Source of the DNA: Dehalococcoidia bacterium
GTDB lineage: Bacteria > Chloroflexota > Dehalococcoidia > E44-bin15
Direction of reading: 5' to 3'
NCBI GenBank assembly: GCA_004376075.1
Contig: SOJQ01000016.1
Location: forward strand, 1 to 33,108
DNA: 33,108 bases
A program made the position numbers and the translations under genes. Positions 16,483 to 25,911 of this stretch are shown in pieces (the stretch's first letter is position 1; every line of letters starts with the position of its first letter). Under the pieces are notes generated by a model. The model was not told the origin of the DNA. It saw nothing but the letters and a program-made list of their open reading frames with translations, and made no database searches.

Positions 16483-17003
16483 GAATCGCTGAAATGAAGC
16501 TGAAGCTGGACCTACACACCCACTGTTATGAGGCCACGGGCTATCGTGCCCCATCCCTGGAGATCGTAAGGCAAATCGTGGATCAGATAAAGGCAAGAGG
16601 ACTTGATGGCATCGCCATCACTGAGCACTGGGACAAGGATTATGGATTCAAGGTAAAGGAGATTGTGGAGCAATTCTTTAATAACGAGGTGCTGATCATC
16701 CCCGGTCGGGAGGTCGATGTGAAGGAGCATCAGGAGGTGGAGCTTTACCTGCCCAATGGCTCCACCTTTCGCTTTCTAGCCCACCCAGGCTTTCCCGTGA
16801 ATTCCTACATCATTGAGGATGTCCAGGGCATCGAGATCGAAAATGGGCTGCATAACTGGCATATAAACAAGGAGAGGGTGAGGGAGCTGGCGGAGGAGCA
16901 TGGCCTTCTCCTCTTAAAGAACAGCGATGCCCACTTCATAAGCCAGATTGGCCAGTACTACAACGAGATCTCCCTTGAGGAGCTCATCGCCCGCGCCAAG
17001 TAG
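16479..17003 (+). CDS. PHP-domain metal-dependent phosphoesterase
   Basis: DLHTH, AITEH, PGRE, AHP, NSDAH. Confidence 0.85.
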   Translation: MRIAEMKLKLDLHTHCYEATGYRAPSLEIVRQIVDQIKARGLDGIAITEHWDKDYGFKVKEIVEQFFNNEVLIIPGREVDVKEHQEVELYLPNGSTFRFLAHPGFPVNSYIIEDVQGIEIENGLHNWHINKERVRELAEEHGLLLLKNSDAHFISQIGQYYNEISLEELIARAK

Positions 17004-17104
17004 GCTATTTCTATCAGTCCTCTAGGGGGTCGCCAAGCGACCGAAAAGCTTTTATAATTGTATGAAAGGGGAACACAAATGGAAGCAAAGGAGCGATTGT
17101 TAAG

Positions 17105-17872
17105 ATGATCCTATCAAAGTTTGCGCTAACCGATAGGGTGGCCATTGTGACCGGGGCCGGTAGGGGCATTGGGAAGGGTATTGCCTTGGGGTTTGCCCAG
17201 GCTGGGGCTCATGTTGTTGCTTGTGCTCGAACGGTGGAGCAGATTGAGGCCACCGCAGAGGAGATTCGCGCTCTGGGAAGAAAGTCTCTTGCTATTCCCA
17301 CCGATGTTCGAGAGAGTGAGCAGGTGGATGACATGGTGAGGAAGACCGTGGAGGAATTCGGGCGGATCGATATCCTGGTCAACAACGCTGGTGGCCTCTT
17401 TGTAGTGGCTGTCCTGGACATGAGCGAGAGGGCTTGGGATGCCATCATTCGCGAGAACCTAAAGAGCGTTTTCCTATGTAGCAAAGCGGTTGCCAAGGTG
17501 ATGGTTGAGCAGAAGAAGGGCAGCATTGTTAACCTCGCCTCTATGGCTGGTCGCACTGGGTCTCCGGGAATGGCTCACTATGGGGCGGCTAAGGCGGGGA
17601 TTATCAATTTGACCCAGTCGCTGTCGGCGGAGTGGGCCCCCTACAAGATTCGGGTCAACGCCATAGCACCGGGCCCTGTTTGGACGCCAGGAGCTCCCAT
17701 AGTCTGGCCCACCCCTGAGGTGCAAGCTCAAGTCGTCAGCCGGGTTCTATTGGGGCGTTTCGGACAGCCTGAGGACATTGCGGCGGCGGCCATCTATCTT
17801 GCCTCCGATGCCTCGGACTGGGTCACCGGTCAGACCTTTGAGATCAATGGTGGACCGGCAATTCAAGTCTAA
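17105..17872 (+). CDS. Short-chain dehydrogenase/reductase (FabG-like)
   Basis: TGAGRGIG, NNAG, YGAAK, RVNAIAPG. Confidence 0.93.
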   Translation: MILSKFALTDRVAIVTGAGRGIGKGIALGFAQAGAHVVACARTVEQIEATAEEIRALGRKSLAIPTDVRESEQVDDMVRKTVEEFGRIDILVNNAGGLFVVAVLDMSERAWDAIIRENLKSVFLCSKAVAKVMVEQKKGSIVNLASMAGRTGSPGMAHYGAAKAGIINLTQSLSAEWAPYKIRVNAIAPGPVWTPGAPIVWPTPEVQAQVVSRVLLGRFGQPEDIAAAAIYLASDASDWVTGQTFEINGGPAIQV

Positions 17873-17919
17873 AAGCATCGCCCTTGCCGCCCCTTCATAA
17901 TGTTTCCTTGAAAAGATTG

Positions 17920-17928
17920 TGGTAAGAT
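17920..17928 (+). promoter_or_regulatory. Extended -10 element, near-leaderless start of the second crotonase
   Basis: TG-G-TAAGAT ends 9 nt before ATG 17938; no SD sequence. Confidence 0.4.
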
Positions 17929-17937
17929 ATTAACAAT

Positions 17938-18723
17938 ATGAACCCCTTTGACACTATTATCTACGAAAAAAAGGATGGCATCGCCTATGTCACCCTCAAT
18001 CGCCCTGAGGCGCTGAATCGCTACAACATCCAGATGCGCGACGACATTTATCAGGTGCTCACCGCCATCAGGGACGACCCCGAGGTGATGGTGGTCATCC
18101 TTAAAGGGGCCGGGGAGAGGGCCTTCTCCGTTGGCGCTGACCTCAGCGAGTTTGGCACCGCCCCCTCTCCTGTGATCGCCCGCCAGGTGAGGTGGGAGCG
18201 CGATGTCTGGGGTCTTTTTTCAAGCTTAAAACAACCTCTCATTGCGGCAGTTCATGGTTTTGTTCTCGGCTCCGGCGTGGAGGTGGCCCTATTTTGCGAT
18301 ATAAGGATCGCCTCTGAGGACGCCATTTTTGGCCTGCCCGAGGTCTCCCTGGGCGTGATCCCGGCAGCGGGGGGCACTCAGACCTTGCCCCGAATGATCG
18401 GCAGGGGGAGGGCTCTGGAGATGCTCCTCACCAGCAACCGCATCGATGCCAAAGAGGCTTATCGCATCGGGCTGGTGAACATGGTGGTTCCTAGGGAGGA
18501 ACTTTATCCCACCGCGGACGAGATAGCGAAAAAGATCATGTCCCGCGGCCCTATCGCCGTAAGGTATGCTAAAGAGGCCATAAATCGGGGGCTTGATCTC
18601 ACCCTCGAGGAGGGGCTGGCCCTGGAGAGGAAACTTGCCGCCCTTGTGGCAAAGACGGAGGACGCCGCGGAGGGGCTGAAAGCCCTCGCCGAGAAAAGGC
18701 CGCCTCGGTTCAAGAATATGTAA
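17938..18723 (+). CDS. Enoyl-CoA hydratase/isomerase family protein
   Basis: TLNRPE, AFSVGADL, GSGVE (Glu115), GLPE (Glu135), PAAGGTQ. Confidence 0.92.
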   Translation: MNPFDTIIYEKKDGIAYVTLNRPEALNRYNIQMRDDIYQVLTAIRDDPEVMVVILKGAGERAFSVGADLSEFGTAPSPVIARQVRWERDVWGLFSSLKQPLIAAVHGFVLGSGVEVALFCDIRIASEDAIFGLPEVSLGVIPAAGGTQTLPRMIGRGRALEMLLTSNRIDAKEAYRIGLVNMVVPREELYPTADEIAKKIMSRGPIAVRYAKEAINRGLDLTLEEGLALERKLAALVAKTEDAAEGLKALAEKRPPRFKNM

Positions 18724-18737
18724 GAGGAGGTGGAACC

Positions 18738-19517
18738 ATGGGGAAGGAATTAGAGGAGCTTATCGAGGAAACGGCAGAACTGATCGTCAGTTCCAAGAAG
18801 CTGGTGGTGTTTACCGGGGCTGGGGTGAGCACAGAGTCGGGCATACCCGACTTCAGAAGCCCGGGGGGCATCTGGTCCAAATTCAATCCCGACGATTTCA
18901 CCTACCAGAAGTTCCTCAAGGATCCGAAGGTGAGGAAGAGGCAGTGGCAGATGTTCAGCATGTTCCGCATGATAGACCTGGTGCAACCGAATCCAGCCCA
19001 CTACGCCATCGCCGAGCTGGACAAACTGGGAAAGCTGGATTGCGTGATCACCCAGAACGTGGATGGCCTCCATCAAAAGGCGGGGGTCCCTGAGGAGAAG
19101 GTGATCGAGCTTCACGGCACCACCAGGTGGGTTAAATGCCTGGGCTGCGGCAAGCGCTACCCTATGTCGGAGATCGCAAAGAGGTTGGAGGCGGGTGTGG
19201 AGGAGCCTGTTTGCGACGATTGTGGGGGCATCCTCAAGTCGGCGACCATCTCCTTTGGGGAGCCGATGCCGGTGAAGGAGACCAGCGAGGCGGAGCGCTG
19301 CTCCCGAGAGTGCGACCTGATGATGGTGGTCGGCTCCTCCCTGGTGGTCTATCCAGCGGCCTATATGCCCATCTACGCCATGGAATCGGGGGCAAAGCTG
19401 GTGATCATAAACGTAGGAACTACCTCTATGGACCGCTTTGCCAATGTCCGTATCAATGAAAAGGCGGGGGAGGTGATGTCCAAGATCCTGGAGCGGGTGA
19501 AAAGCAGGCTTGCCTAG
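18738..19517 (+). CDS. cobB: NAD-dependent protein deacylase (sirtuin, CobB/Sir2 family)
   Basis: TGAGVSTESGIPDFRS, ITQNVDGLHQKAG, ELHG, CxxC...CxxC Zn site, GSSLVVYPAA. Confidence 0.93.
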   Translation: MGKELEELIEETAELIVSSKKLVVFTGAGVSTESGIPDFRSPGGIWSKFNPDDFTYQKFLKDPKVRKRQWQMFSMFRMIDLVQPNPAHYAIAELDKLGKLDCVITQNVDGLHQKAGVPEEKVIELHGTTRWVKCLGCGKRYPMSEIAKRLEAGVEEPVCDDCGGILKSATISFGEPMPVKETSEAERCSRECDLMMVVGSSLVVYPAAYMPIYAMESGAKLVIINVGTTSMDRFANVRINEKAGEVMSKILERVKSRLA

Positions 19518-19583
19518 TTTTCCCCTGACGGAGCAGGGTGGGGAATGATAATGTATCTGAGGCTGAAAATTGAGAGGTAAAGC

Positions 19584-21143
19584 ATGAACACTACTGAATT
19601 TCTCATGATAACCTCTGCCATCTGCCCCGATAGGCCAGCGATAATCTTCGAGGGAAAGAAATTCACCTTTAGCGAACTAAGCGAAAGGGTGAACAGGCTG
19701 GCTAACGCCTTAGTGGACCTGGAGATAGAGAAGGGGGAAAGGGTCGCCATTCTGCAGGTGAACTGCAGCCAGTATGTGGAGGTCTACTACGCGGTGGCAA
19801 AAATAGGGGCCATCTTCGTCCCTTTGAACTTCAGGGCAAAGAGAGATGAGCTCGTCTATATGCTTAATAACTCAGAGGCATCCACCCTCTTTGTCGGCGA
19901 GCGCTATGTCCAACTGGTGAACTCGATGTGCCCCGATCTTCCCCTGGTAAGGCATTACATCTCCATAGAAGGCAAACAAGAGGGCATGCTCGACTACGAG
20001 GAGCTATTGGCCTCCGCCTCCGATGAGGAGTTGTTCACCGATATCGCCGATGAGGATATCACTTTGCTGATGTATACTGCGGGAACTACCGGTTTGCCCA
20101 AAGGGGTGCCCTTGAGCCACAATAGCTTTAGCCTTTATGTTCTGGAGAATGTTAACCCCGCCGATCCGGAGATAGAGGAGACAAACCTCTTAACCATGCC
20201 CCTCTACCATGTAGCTGGGGCTCAGGCGATGCTGGCGGCCACCTATGGAGGGAGATCGCTGGCGATGATGAGGCAGTTTGAGGTCAACGAGTGGCTGGAG
20301 ACGGCGCAGCGGGAGAAGGCGAACCGAGCGATGCTGGTGCCCACCATGCTGAAGCGGGTTATCGACCACCCCGACCTCGATAAATATGACCTCTCCAGCC
20401 TGAAGGTGATCACCTATGGTGCTGCCCCGATGCCCTTTGAGGTGATCAAGAAGGCTATCGAGCTTTTCCCCGGGGTCAACTTCATAAACGCCTTCGGGCA
20501 GACGGAGACCGCCTCCACCATCACCACTCTAGGTCCTGATGACCATATTATCGAGGGGACGGAGGAGGAGAAGGAAAAGAAGCTGAGACGGCTCACCTCC
20601 TCTATCGGCAGACCGATGTCCGATGTGGAGATAAAGATCATCGACGATGCGGGCAATGACCTGCCTCCTGGGGAGGTGGGTGAGATCGTCGCCAGGGGTC
20701 CCCGGGTGATGAGCGGATACTGGAAGGATGCTGAGAAAACGGCGAAGGCGATCACCGCCGATGGCTGGCTCCACACCGGCGATATGGGCTATATGGATGA
20801 GGAGGGCTACTTCTATCTCGCCGCTCGAGCCGACGACCTGATCATCAGGGGAGGGGAGAACATCTCCCCTGATGAGGTGGAGAACGTACTTTATTCCCAC
20901 GCCGCCGTTGAGGAGGCGGCGGTGATCGGTGTCCCCGATCCTGAATGGGGTCAGGAGCCCAGGGCGATCGTGGTGCTCAAAGAGGGGAAGACCGCCACCG
21001 CTGAGGAGCTCATCGATTTCTGCCGCGAGAGGCTGGCCAGCTTCAAGAGGCCGCGCTCCGTGGTCTTCACCGACGAGCTTCCCCGCACCAGCACGGGCAA
21101 GGTGCTGAAGAGGATCCTTCGCGAGGAGTATGGAGCCCCTTAA
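19584..21143 (+). CDS. Acyl-CoA synthetase / long-chain fatty-acid--CoA ligase family
   Basis: YTAGTTGLPKG, FGQTE, WLHTGD, RGGENI, LPRTSTGK (A10 lysine). Confidence 0.93.
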   Translation: MNTTEFLMITSAICPDRPAIIFEGKKFTFSELSERVNRLANALVDLEIEKGERVAILQVNCSQYVEVYYAVAKIGAIFVPLNFRAKRDELVYMLNNSEASTLFVGERYVQLVNSMCPDLPLVRHYISIEGKQEGMLDYEELLASASDEELFTDIADEDITLLMYTAGTTGLPKGVPLSHNSFSLYVLENVNPADPEIEETNLLTMPLYHVAGAQAMLAATYGGRSLAMMRQFEVNEWLETAQREKANRAMLVPTMLKRVIDHPDLDKYDLSSLKVITYGAAPMPFEVIKKAIELFPGVNFINAFGQTETASTITTLGPDDHIIEGTEEEKEKKLRRLTSSIGRPMSDVEIKIIDDAGNDLPPGEVGEIVARGPRVMSGYWKDAEKTAKAITADGWLHTGDMGYMDEEGYFYLAARADDLIIRGGENISPDEVENVLYSHAAVEEAAVIGVPDPEWGQEPRAIVVLKEGKTATAEELIDFCRERLASFKRPRSVVFTDELPRTSTGKVLKRILREEYGAP

Positions 21144-21180
21144 CGAGGTTGAGCATAGAGAGGAATCGACCTTTAACATG

Positions 21181-21201
21181 AGGCAGCCACAAAGGCTGCC
21201 T
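21181..21201. terminator. Perfect 8-bp hairpin between convergent genes
   Basis: AGGCAGCC-ACAAA-GGCTGCCT; only a weak U tract. Confidence 0.5.
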
Positions 21202-21316
21202 TGCAATTAGCGCAAAAAGGATGTGGAGAGTAGAATGGTATTTATCCCGGAGGCCAAGGAGGCTCCCCGGGGGAGGTAACGTCCTTGAGCCGGGGCAGGA
21301 GCACGCCTTGTAAAGG

Positions 21317-23323
21317 CTACTGCTGAATTGCGCTCTCCACAAGCTCGGCGATGTCCATCGCCTTTAGATATTCCGTTGCCTCCTTTGCCTTTATGCCATC
21401 CTCAAACATTTGAAGGCAATAGGGGCAGGCGGAAGCCAGGATATTGGCTTTGGTTTTGAACGCCTGATCGGTGCGCATCTCGTTAATTCTGGTGCCGATC
21501 CTCTCCTCCATCCACATCCTTCCACCACCACCGCCGCAGCAAAAGCTCTTACTGCGGCGACGCTCCATCTCCACCATATGGAGCTGAGGGATAGCCTTCA
21601 GGATATTTCTAGGGCTGTCATAGATGTCGTTGTGCCGTCCCAGGTAGCAAGCATCATGATAGGTTATGGTTTTGCCCACACCATTTATCAGTTTTAACTT
21701 TCCTTGCTTTAGCAACTCGGCAATAAACTGGGAGTGGTGGAAAACGTCGAATTCGCTGCCAAATTGAGGGTATTCATTCTTTAGGGTATTATAGCAATGG
21801 GGGCAGGTGACGACCACCTTCTTCACCCCATAGCCCTTAAGGGTCTCAATATTTTTAAGCGCCTGCATCTGGAAGAGGTATTCATTACCCAGGCGGCGCG
21901 CCGGCTCGCCGCAGCAGGTCTCCTCCTCACCCATTATTGCGAAGTCGACCCCCGCCGCCTTGAGCACCCTGGCAAAGGCGCCAGCCACCTGCATATTTCT
22001 GTCCTCCAGAGTAGCGGCACAGCCTACCCAATAGAGCACATCCACATCCCTATCCTCTGAGAGGAGCTTGAGGTCAAGCCCCTGGCACCAGTCCATCCTT
22101 GTGGTCGTGGTTCCTCGGCAACTGTGACCTCTGTCCTCGATGCATCTCAGGACGCCCTCAGCGGTGTCGGGGATCACAGCCTGCTCCAGCACCAGATTGC
22201 GGCGCAGGTCGATGATCTTATCGATATGCTCCACAAAGACGGGGCATACCTCCTGACAGGCGAGGCAGGTAGTGCAAGCCCAGATCTCATCCTCAGTTAT
22301 TATATCGCCAATCAGAGAGGTATCAGGGTTTCCGCCATTGCCTTTCTTAGCGAGCAGACTGGGACCCACCTTAAGCCAATGCCTTTTGAGGTCCTGGATC
22401 ACCTTCTTCGGGGAGAGGGGCTTCCCGCTAAGATAGGCGGGGCAGTTGTCCTGACAGCGACCGCAGCGGGTGCAGGAGTCGAGGTCGAAGAGCTGCTTCC
22501 AGGTGAAGTCATTGATCTTCGCCACCCCATAGGTCTCAGCCGTCTCCAGGTTGATGGGCACCAGCGCCCCCTTGGGACGCATCGACCTGAAGAGCACGTT
22601 GAAGGGGGCGACAACGATGTGCGCCAGCGAGGAGAAGGTGAGGGCGACATAGACTATGGCTCCTAAAGTAAGGGCCACATGAAACCACCACAAGCTCATA
22701 TGCAGGGTTAGCAGTGTGGCGGCGGAAAGCCCGCTGAAGATTTTGGCAACCATCCACCCTCCGGGCGACCATACCTCCCATGGAGGGTTGAGCGCTGCAA
22801 TGCGAAGCCCTTCGATGATGAAGCCGGTGAGCACAATGAGGAAGACCAGAGCTAGGGCGATGGCATCCTCGGCTTTATTGTCCAGCCTATCGGGTTTTTG
22901 AATGTATCTCCTGTAGGCGGCGATGATGACCCCAGCGAGCACCAGTATGCCGAAGACGTCCACAGCTAAAGAGAGCCCCAGATAGGGAGCACCTGCTAAC
23001 CCTCCTATGGCATAGTGGGTTATGAAGTCTATAGCTGCTGCCAGCAAAAAGATTATACATCCCCAGAAGATGAGGAAGTGTATTATCCCTGGGTAGGGGT
23101 CCCTGAGGAAGCGCCTGTGGATGAGGCCATCCACTACGCCAGTGACCACAAAGGACCAGATGCTTTTCCCTATGTTCTCAAACCTGTTGTCCGGCTGCCC
23201 TAGGCGCCAAAGGCGGTAGCGTTTGTAAACCGCATAGGCAAGGATTATTGCCAGGGGGATAAGCAAAGAATAAAGGATGTATCCATAGTGCCCAATATTC
23301 CAGAATATCTCCCTGGTTGGCAT
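21317..23323 (-). CDS. Membrane-bound heterodisulfide-reductase-like Fe-S oxidoreductase (FadF/HdrF type)
   Basis: NarI-like His-containing TM region, CTRCGRCQDNCP and CTTCLACQEVCP clusters, two CCG domains (TCCGE...CPHC; YHDAC...CCGGGGG...CPYC). Confidence 0.9.
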   Translation of the reverse strand: MPTREIFWNIGHYGYILYSLLIPLAIILAYAVYKRYRLWRLGQPDNRFENIGKSIWSFVVTGVVDGLIHRRFLRDPYPGIIHFLIFWGCIIFLLAAAIDFITHYAIGGLAGAPYLGLSLAVDVFGILVLAGVIIAAYRRYIQKPDRLDNKAEDAIALALVFLIVLTGFIIEGLRIAALNPPWEVWSPGGWMVAKIFSGLSAATLLTLHMSLWWFHVALTLGAIVYVALTFSSLAHIVVAPFNVLFRSMRPKGALVPINLETAETYGVAKINDFTWKQLFDLDSCTRCGRCQDNCPAYLSGKPLSPKKVIQDLKRHWLKVGPSLLAKKGNGGNPDTSLIGDIITEDEIWACTTCLACQEVCPVFVEHIDKIIDLRRNLVLEQAVIPDTAEGVLRCIEDRGHSCRGTTTTRMDWCQGLDLKLLSEDRDVDVLYWVGCAATLEDRNMQVAGAFARVLKAAGVDFAIMGEEETCCGEPARRLGNEYLFQMQALKNIETLKGYGVKKVVVTCPHCYNTLKNEYPQFGSEFDVFHHSQFIAELLKQGKLKLINGVGKTITYHDACYLGRHNDIYDSPRNILKAIPQLHMVEMERRRSKSFCCGGGGGRMWMEERIGTRINEMRTDQAFKTKANILASACPYCLQMFEDGIKAKEATEYLKAMDIAELVESAIQQ

Positions 23324-23370
23324 AGCTTTCTCCTCTTTCCTTCAAAAATTCCTCCAATTCAACCTTTGAA

Positions 23371-23399
23371 AGTGTATCATATCGCAATCGCTCTGCCAA
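23371..23399 (-). promoter_or_regulatory. Sigma70-type promoter of the Fe-S oxidoreductase
   Basis: TTGGCA, 17-nt spacer, TACACT with extended TG. Confidence 0.55.
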
Positions 23400-23408
23400 G
23401 GAAATGCC

Positions 23409-23437
23409 TTGTTAATCGACCGAGCCTGGAATATAAT
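23409..23437 (+). promoter_or_regulatory. Sigma70-type promoter of the 130-aa gene
   Basis: TTGTTA, 17-nt spacer, TATAAT. Confidence 0.55.
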
Positions 23438-23466
23438 CTGGCTAGCATCCTTTCGAAGGAGGGAGC

Positions 23467-23859
23467 ATGGCAGAAAAGGACCCTCTAACCAGGAGGGCAA
23501 AGGCAGACATTATGCTAAAGAGAACCGCCTCACAGCTAAGGGAGATGCTTCATGAGGCAGCGGGGGAACTGGACCCCTTCCCTTTTTTCATGGGGAGTTT
23601 CTTTATCAGGGCCATTGAGGCGGAGCCTGGGGGGGCCACAAAAGGGGAGCGGGGCTGCGTGGTTGTTTGCCCCGACGGCGAGCTCTACGAATACATCTAC
23701 ACGATAACGGTTGGTGGTCCCTTTCCGGAGCCCTCTCGCAAGGAGGAGACCAGGGAGCTGGACCTGCCCCCTCAAGATTATATCCCTTATGCCTACAATG
23801 CCCTTTGTGAGATCACCAGGTTGCTCCTGGAGAGTCAGGAATCGGGGTCATCGCCTTGA
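23467..23859 (+). CDS. Hypothetical protein
   Basis: AAGGAGG RBS, own promoter, fills the gap between divergent and convergent genes. No family recognised. Confidence 0.8.
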   Translation: MAEKDPLTRRAKADIMLKRTASQLREMLHEAAGELDPFPFFMGSFFIRAIEAEPGGATKGERGCVVVCPDGELYEYIYTITVGGPFPEPSRKEETRELDLPPQDYIPYAYNALCEITRLLLESQESGSSP

Positions 23860-23862
23860 GGT

Positions 23863-24318
23863 CTACTCTAGGATGATCGTTCCGCTCCTGCCGCCGCTCT
23901 TGCGAGCCAGGCGAATCCCCTCGATCCTCATCCCCCGGTCAGCCGCCTTGCACATATCGTAGATGGTTAGGGCGGTCACCGCTACCGCGGTAAGGGCCTC
24001 CATTTCAACCCCTGTTTTCCCCATGCTCTTCACCCTGGCGGTGATCTCCACACCTCCCTCGGCAAACGTGAATTCCACCTTAACCTCATCGAGCATCAGA
24101 TGATGGCACATGGGGATGATCTGGGAGGTCTGCTTTGCTGCCATAATTCCAGCCACCTGAGCTGTGGCAAGGACGTCCCCTTTTGCCATCTTCCCCTCCC
24201 TCATCAGGGAGAGGGTTTCAGGTTTCATCGTTACCATGCCCTTGGCCACCGCCTCACGCCTGGTGACCCGCTTCTCGGTTATATCCACCATCCTTGTCGG
24301 CTCCAGGGTCTCTTCCAT
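23863..24318 (-). CDS. moaC: Cyclic pyranopterin monophosphate synthase
   Basis: [43 protein letters not shown]. Confidence 0.96.
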   Translation of the reverse strand: MEETLEPTRMVDITEKRVTRREAVAKGMVTMKPETLSLMREGKMAKGDVLATAQVAGIMAAKQTSQIIPMCHHLMLDEVKVEFTFAEGGVEITARVKSMGKTGVEMEALTAVAVTALTIYDMCKAADRGMRIEGIRLARKSGGRSGTIILE

Positions 24319-24322
24319 CCCC

Positions 24323-25300
24323 TTATCCTCCCAACTGACACATTGCCCGCCCTTTGGGGAGCACCCCTTCCCTTAATCGATGGCGCTCCGGTTTGGCGGC
24401 TACAGCCTGCTGAATTAACCGGCTTAGCTCCTGCGGCGATGCCCCTTTCCACAGCGGCCCCTTCAGGTCCACCTCCTCATCGCTGAGGAGGCAAGGGCGT
24501 AGCGTTCCGTCTACAGTCAGTCGCAGGCGATTGCAATTGAAGCAGAAGTGCTCGCTAAGCGGGCTGATAAAGCCTATGGTCCCCTTTGCCCCTGAAAAGC
24601 GAAAGTACCTGGCAGGGCCATTGCTATGGCTGGGCAGAGAGGGCTCCAGTGGCCCCAGGGAAAGAAGGCGCTCCTTGATCTCAGCTGCGGGGACGAAATC
24701 AAGCCTCTCCCCTCTGCCGAAGGGCATGGTCTCGATGAACCTCACATGCCATCCCTGCTCGATAGTGAGGCGGGCGAAATCGAGAACCTCATCGTCGTTC
24801 ATCCCTCGCATAACCACCATGTTCAGCTTGACGGGCTCAAGACCCGCCTCCCTCGCCGCCTCGATGCCATCGAGGACGTCGCCTAGTTTATCATGCCTTG
24901 TGATACGCTGGAATCTTCCCCTGTTAAGGGTGTCGAGGCTCACATTGACCCGCCCAAGTCCAGCCTCCTTAAGCGAAGCAGCATATCGCCTAAGGAGCAC
25001 CCCATTTGTGGTCAGGGAGATATCGTCAATGCCCTCTATCTCAGATAGCATCCTTATCAGATGGGGCAGTTCCGACCTTACCAAGGGCTCGCCCCCGGTG
25101 AGCCTCACTTTAGTTATGCCCAAAGCGGCTGCCGTCTGGGCAACAGCTTGAATCTCCTCGTAGCGAAGTATCTCGCTGCGGGGCAAGAGTGTAATGCCCT
25201 GGGGGGGCATACAATAGAGGCAGCGCAGATTGCAGCGATCGGTGACCGATATGCGCAAATAGTTTATGGGACGCTGAAAGGAATCGGAAAGCCCTGTCAT
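24323..25300 (-). CDS. moaA: GTP 3',8-cyclase (radical SAM)
   Basis: [34 protein letters not shown]...PCL, C-terminal GG. Confidence 0.96.
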   Translation of the reverse strand: MTGLSDSFQRPINYLRISVTDRCNLRCLYCMPPQGITLLPRSEILRYEEIQAVAQTAAALGITKVRLTGGEPLVRSELPHLIRMLSEIEGIDDISLTTNGVLLRRYAASLKEAGLGRVNVSLDTLNRGRFQRITRHDKLGDVLDGIEAAREAGLEPVKLNMVVMRGMNDDEVLDFARLTIEQGWHVRFIETMPFGRGERLDFVPAAEIKERLLSLGPLEPSLPSHSNGPARYFRFSGAKGTIGFISPLSEHFCFNCNRLRLTVDGTLRPCLLSDEEVDLKGPLWKGASPQELSRLIQQAVAAKPERHRLREGVLPKGRAMCQLGG

Positions 25301-25911
25301 TCTTTTCGTCCTGGCTCCAGTTTTAAAAGGATCCCACGTGCCTGTTGTGTTGCCTGCCCCCGATGGCTTACCTCGTTCTTCTCTTCGACGCTGAGCTCAG
25401 CCATGGTCTTGCCCAGCCTGGGGAGATAGAAGATGGGGTCATATCCAAAGCCCTCATCCCCCTTTGGGCTAAAGGCAATCATACCTTCACACTCACCTTG
25501 GCAGAGCTCTACCCTCCCTTCGGGGGAGGCGATAGCGATAACACACCTGAAGCGAGCGGCTCTTTTTTCCCAGGGGATGCCTTCAAGCCTCTTAAGCAGA
25601 TAGCCGATCCTCTCCTCGTCTGAGGCACCTGCCCCGGCGTAGCGAGCCGATAGGGCGCCGGGCTCCCCGCCCAGGGCATCGACCTCCAGCCCCGAATCGT
25701 CGGCCAGGGTGAACAGGTTGCTTAGCGAGGTATAGGCTAGAGCCTTGAGGGTGGCATTCTCCTCAAGGGTGGCCCCTGGCTCGCCCACCACCTGCTCAAT
25801 GCCCTGCTCGGCGAGGGTAACAATTTCAAAGGGTATGCCCTGAAGGAGCAACGAGTACTCCCGCGCCTTAGCAGCGTTTTTTGTGGCCAGGAGAAGCTTG
25901 GGCATCCTCAT
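25297..25911 (-). CDS. rdgB: Non-canonical purine NTP pyrophosphatase (RdgB/HAM1)
   Basis: LATKNAAK, ENA..KA, ADDSGLEVDAL, SARY, GFGYDPIF, KN.VSHR. Confidence 0.95.
   Translation of the reverse strand: MRMPKLLLATKNAAKAREYSLLLQGIPFEIVTLAEQGIEQVVGEPGATLEENATLKALAYTSLSNLFTLADDSGLEVDALGGEPGALSARYAGAGASDEERIGYLLKRLEGIPWEKRAARFRCVIAIASPEGRVELCQGECEGMIAFSPKGDEGFGYDPIFYLPRLGKTMAELSVEEKNEVSHRGQATQQARGILLKLEPGRKE

Noticed and set aside
20529-21206. 225-aa minus-strand ORF
   Set aside because: Antisense shadow of the acyl-CoA ligase.
21240-21317. SRP RNA, 6S RNA, tRNA or SECIS
   Set aside because: No SRP helix-8 GNRA motif, no cloverleaf or TTC loop, too short for 6S, and no Sec codon nearby.
24531-25151. 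206-aa plus-strand ORF
   Set aside because: Antisense shadow of moaA.
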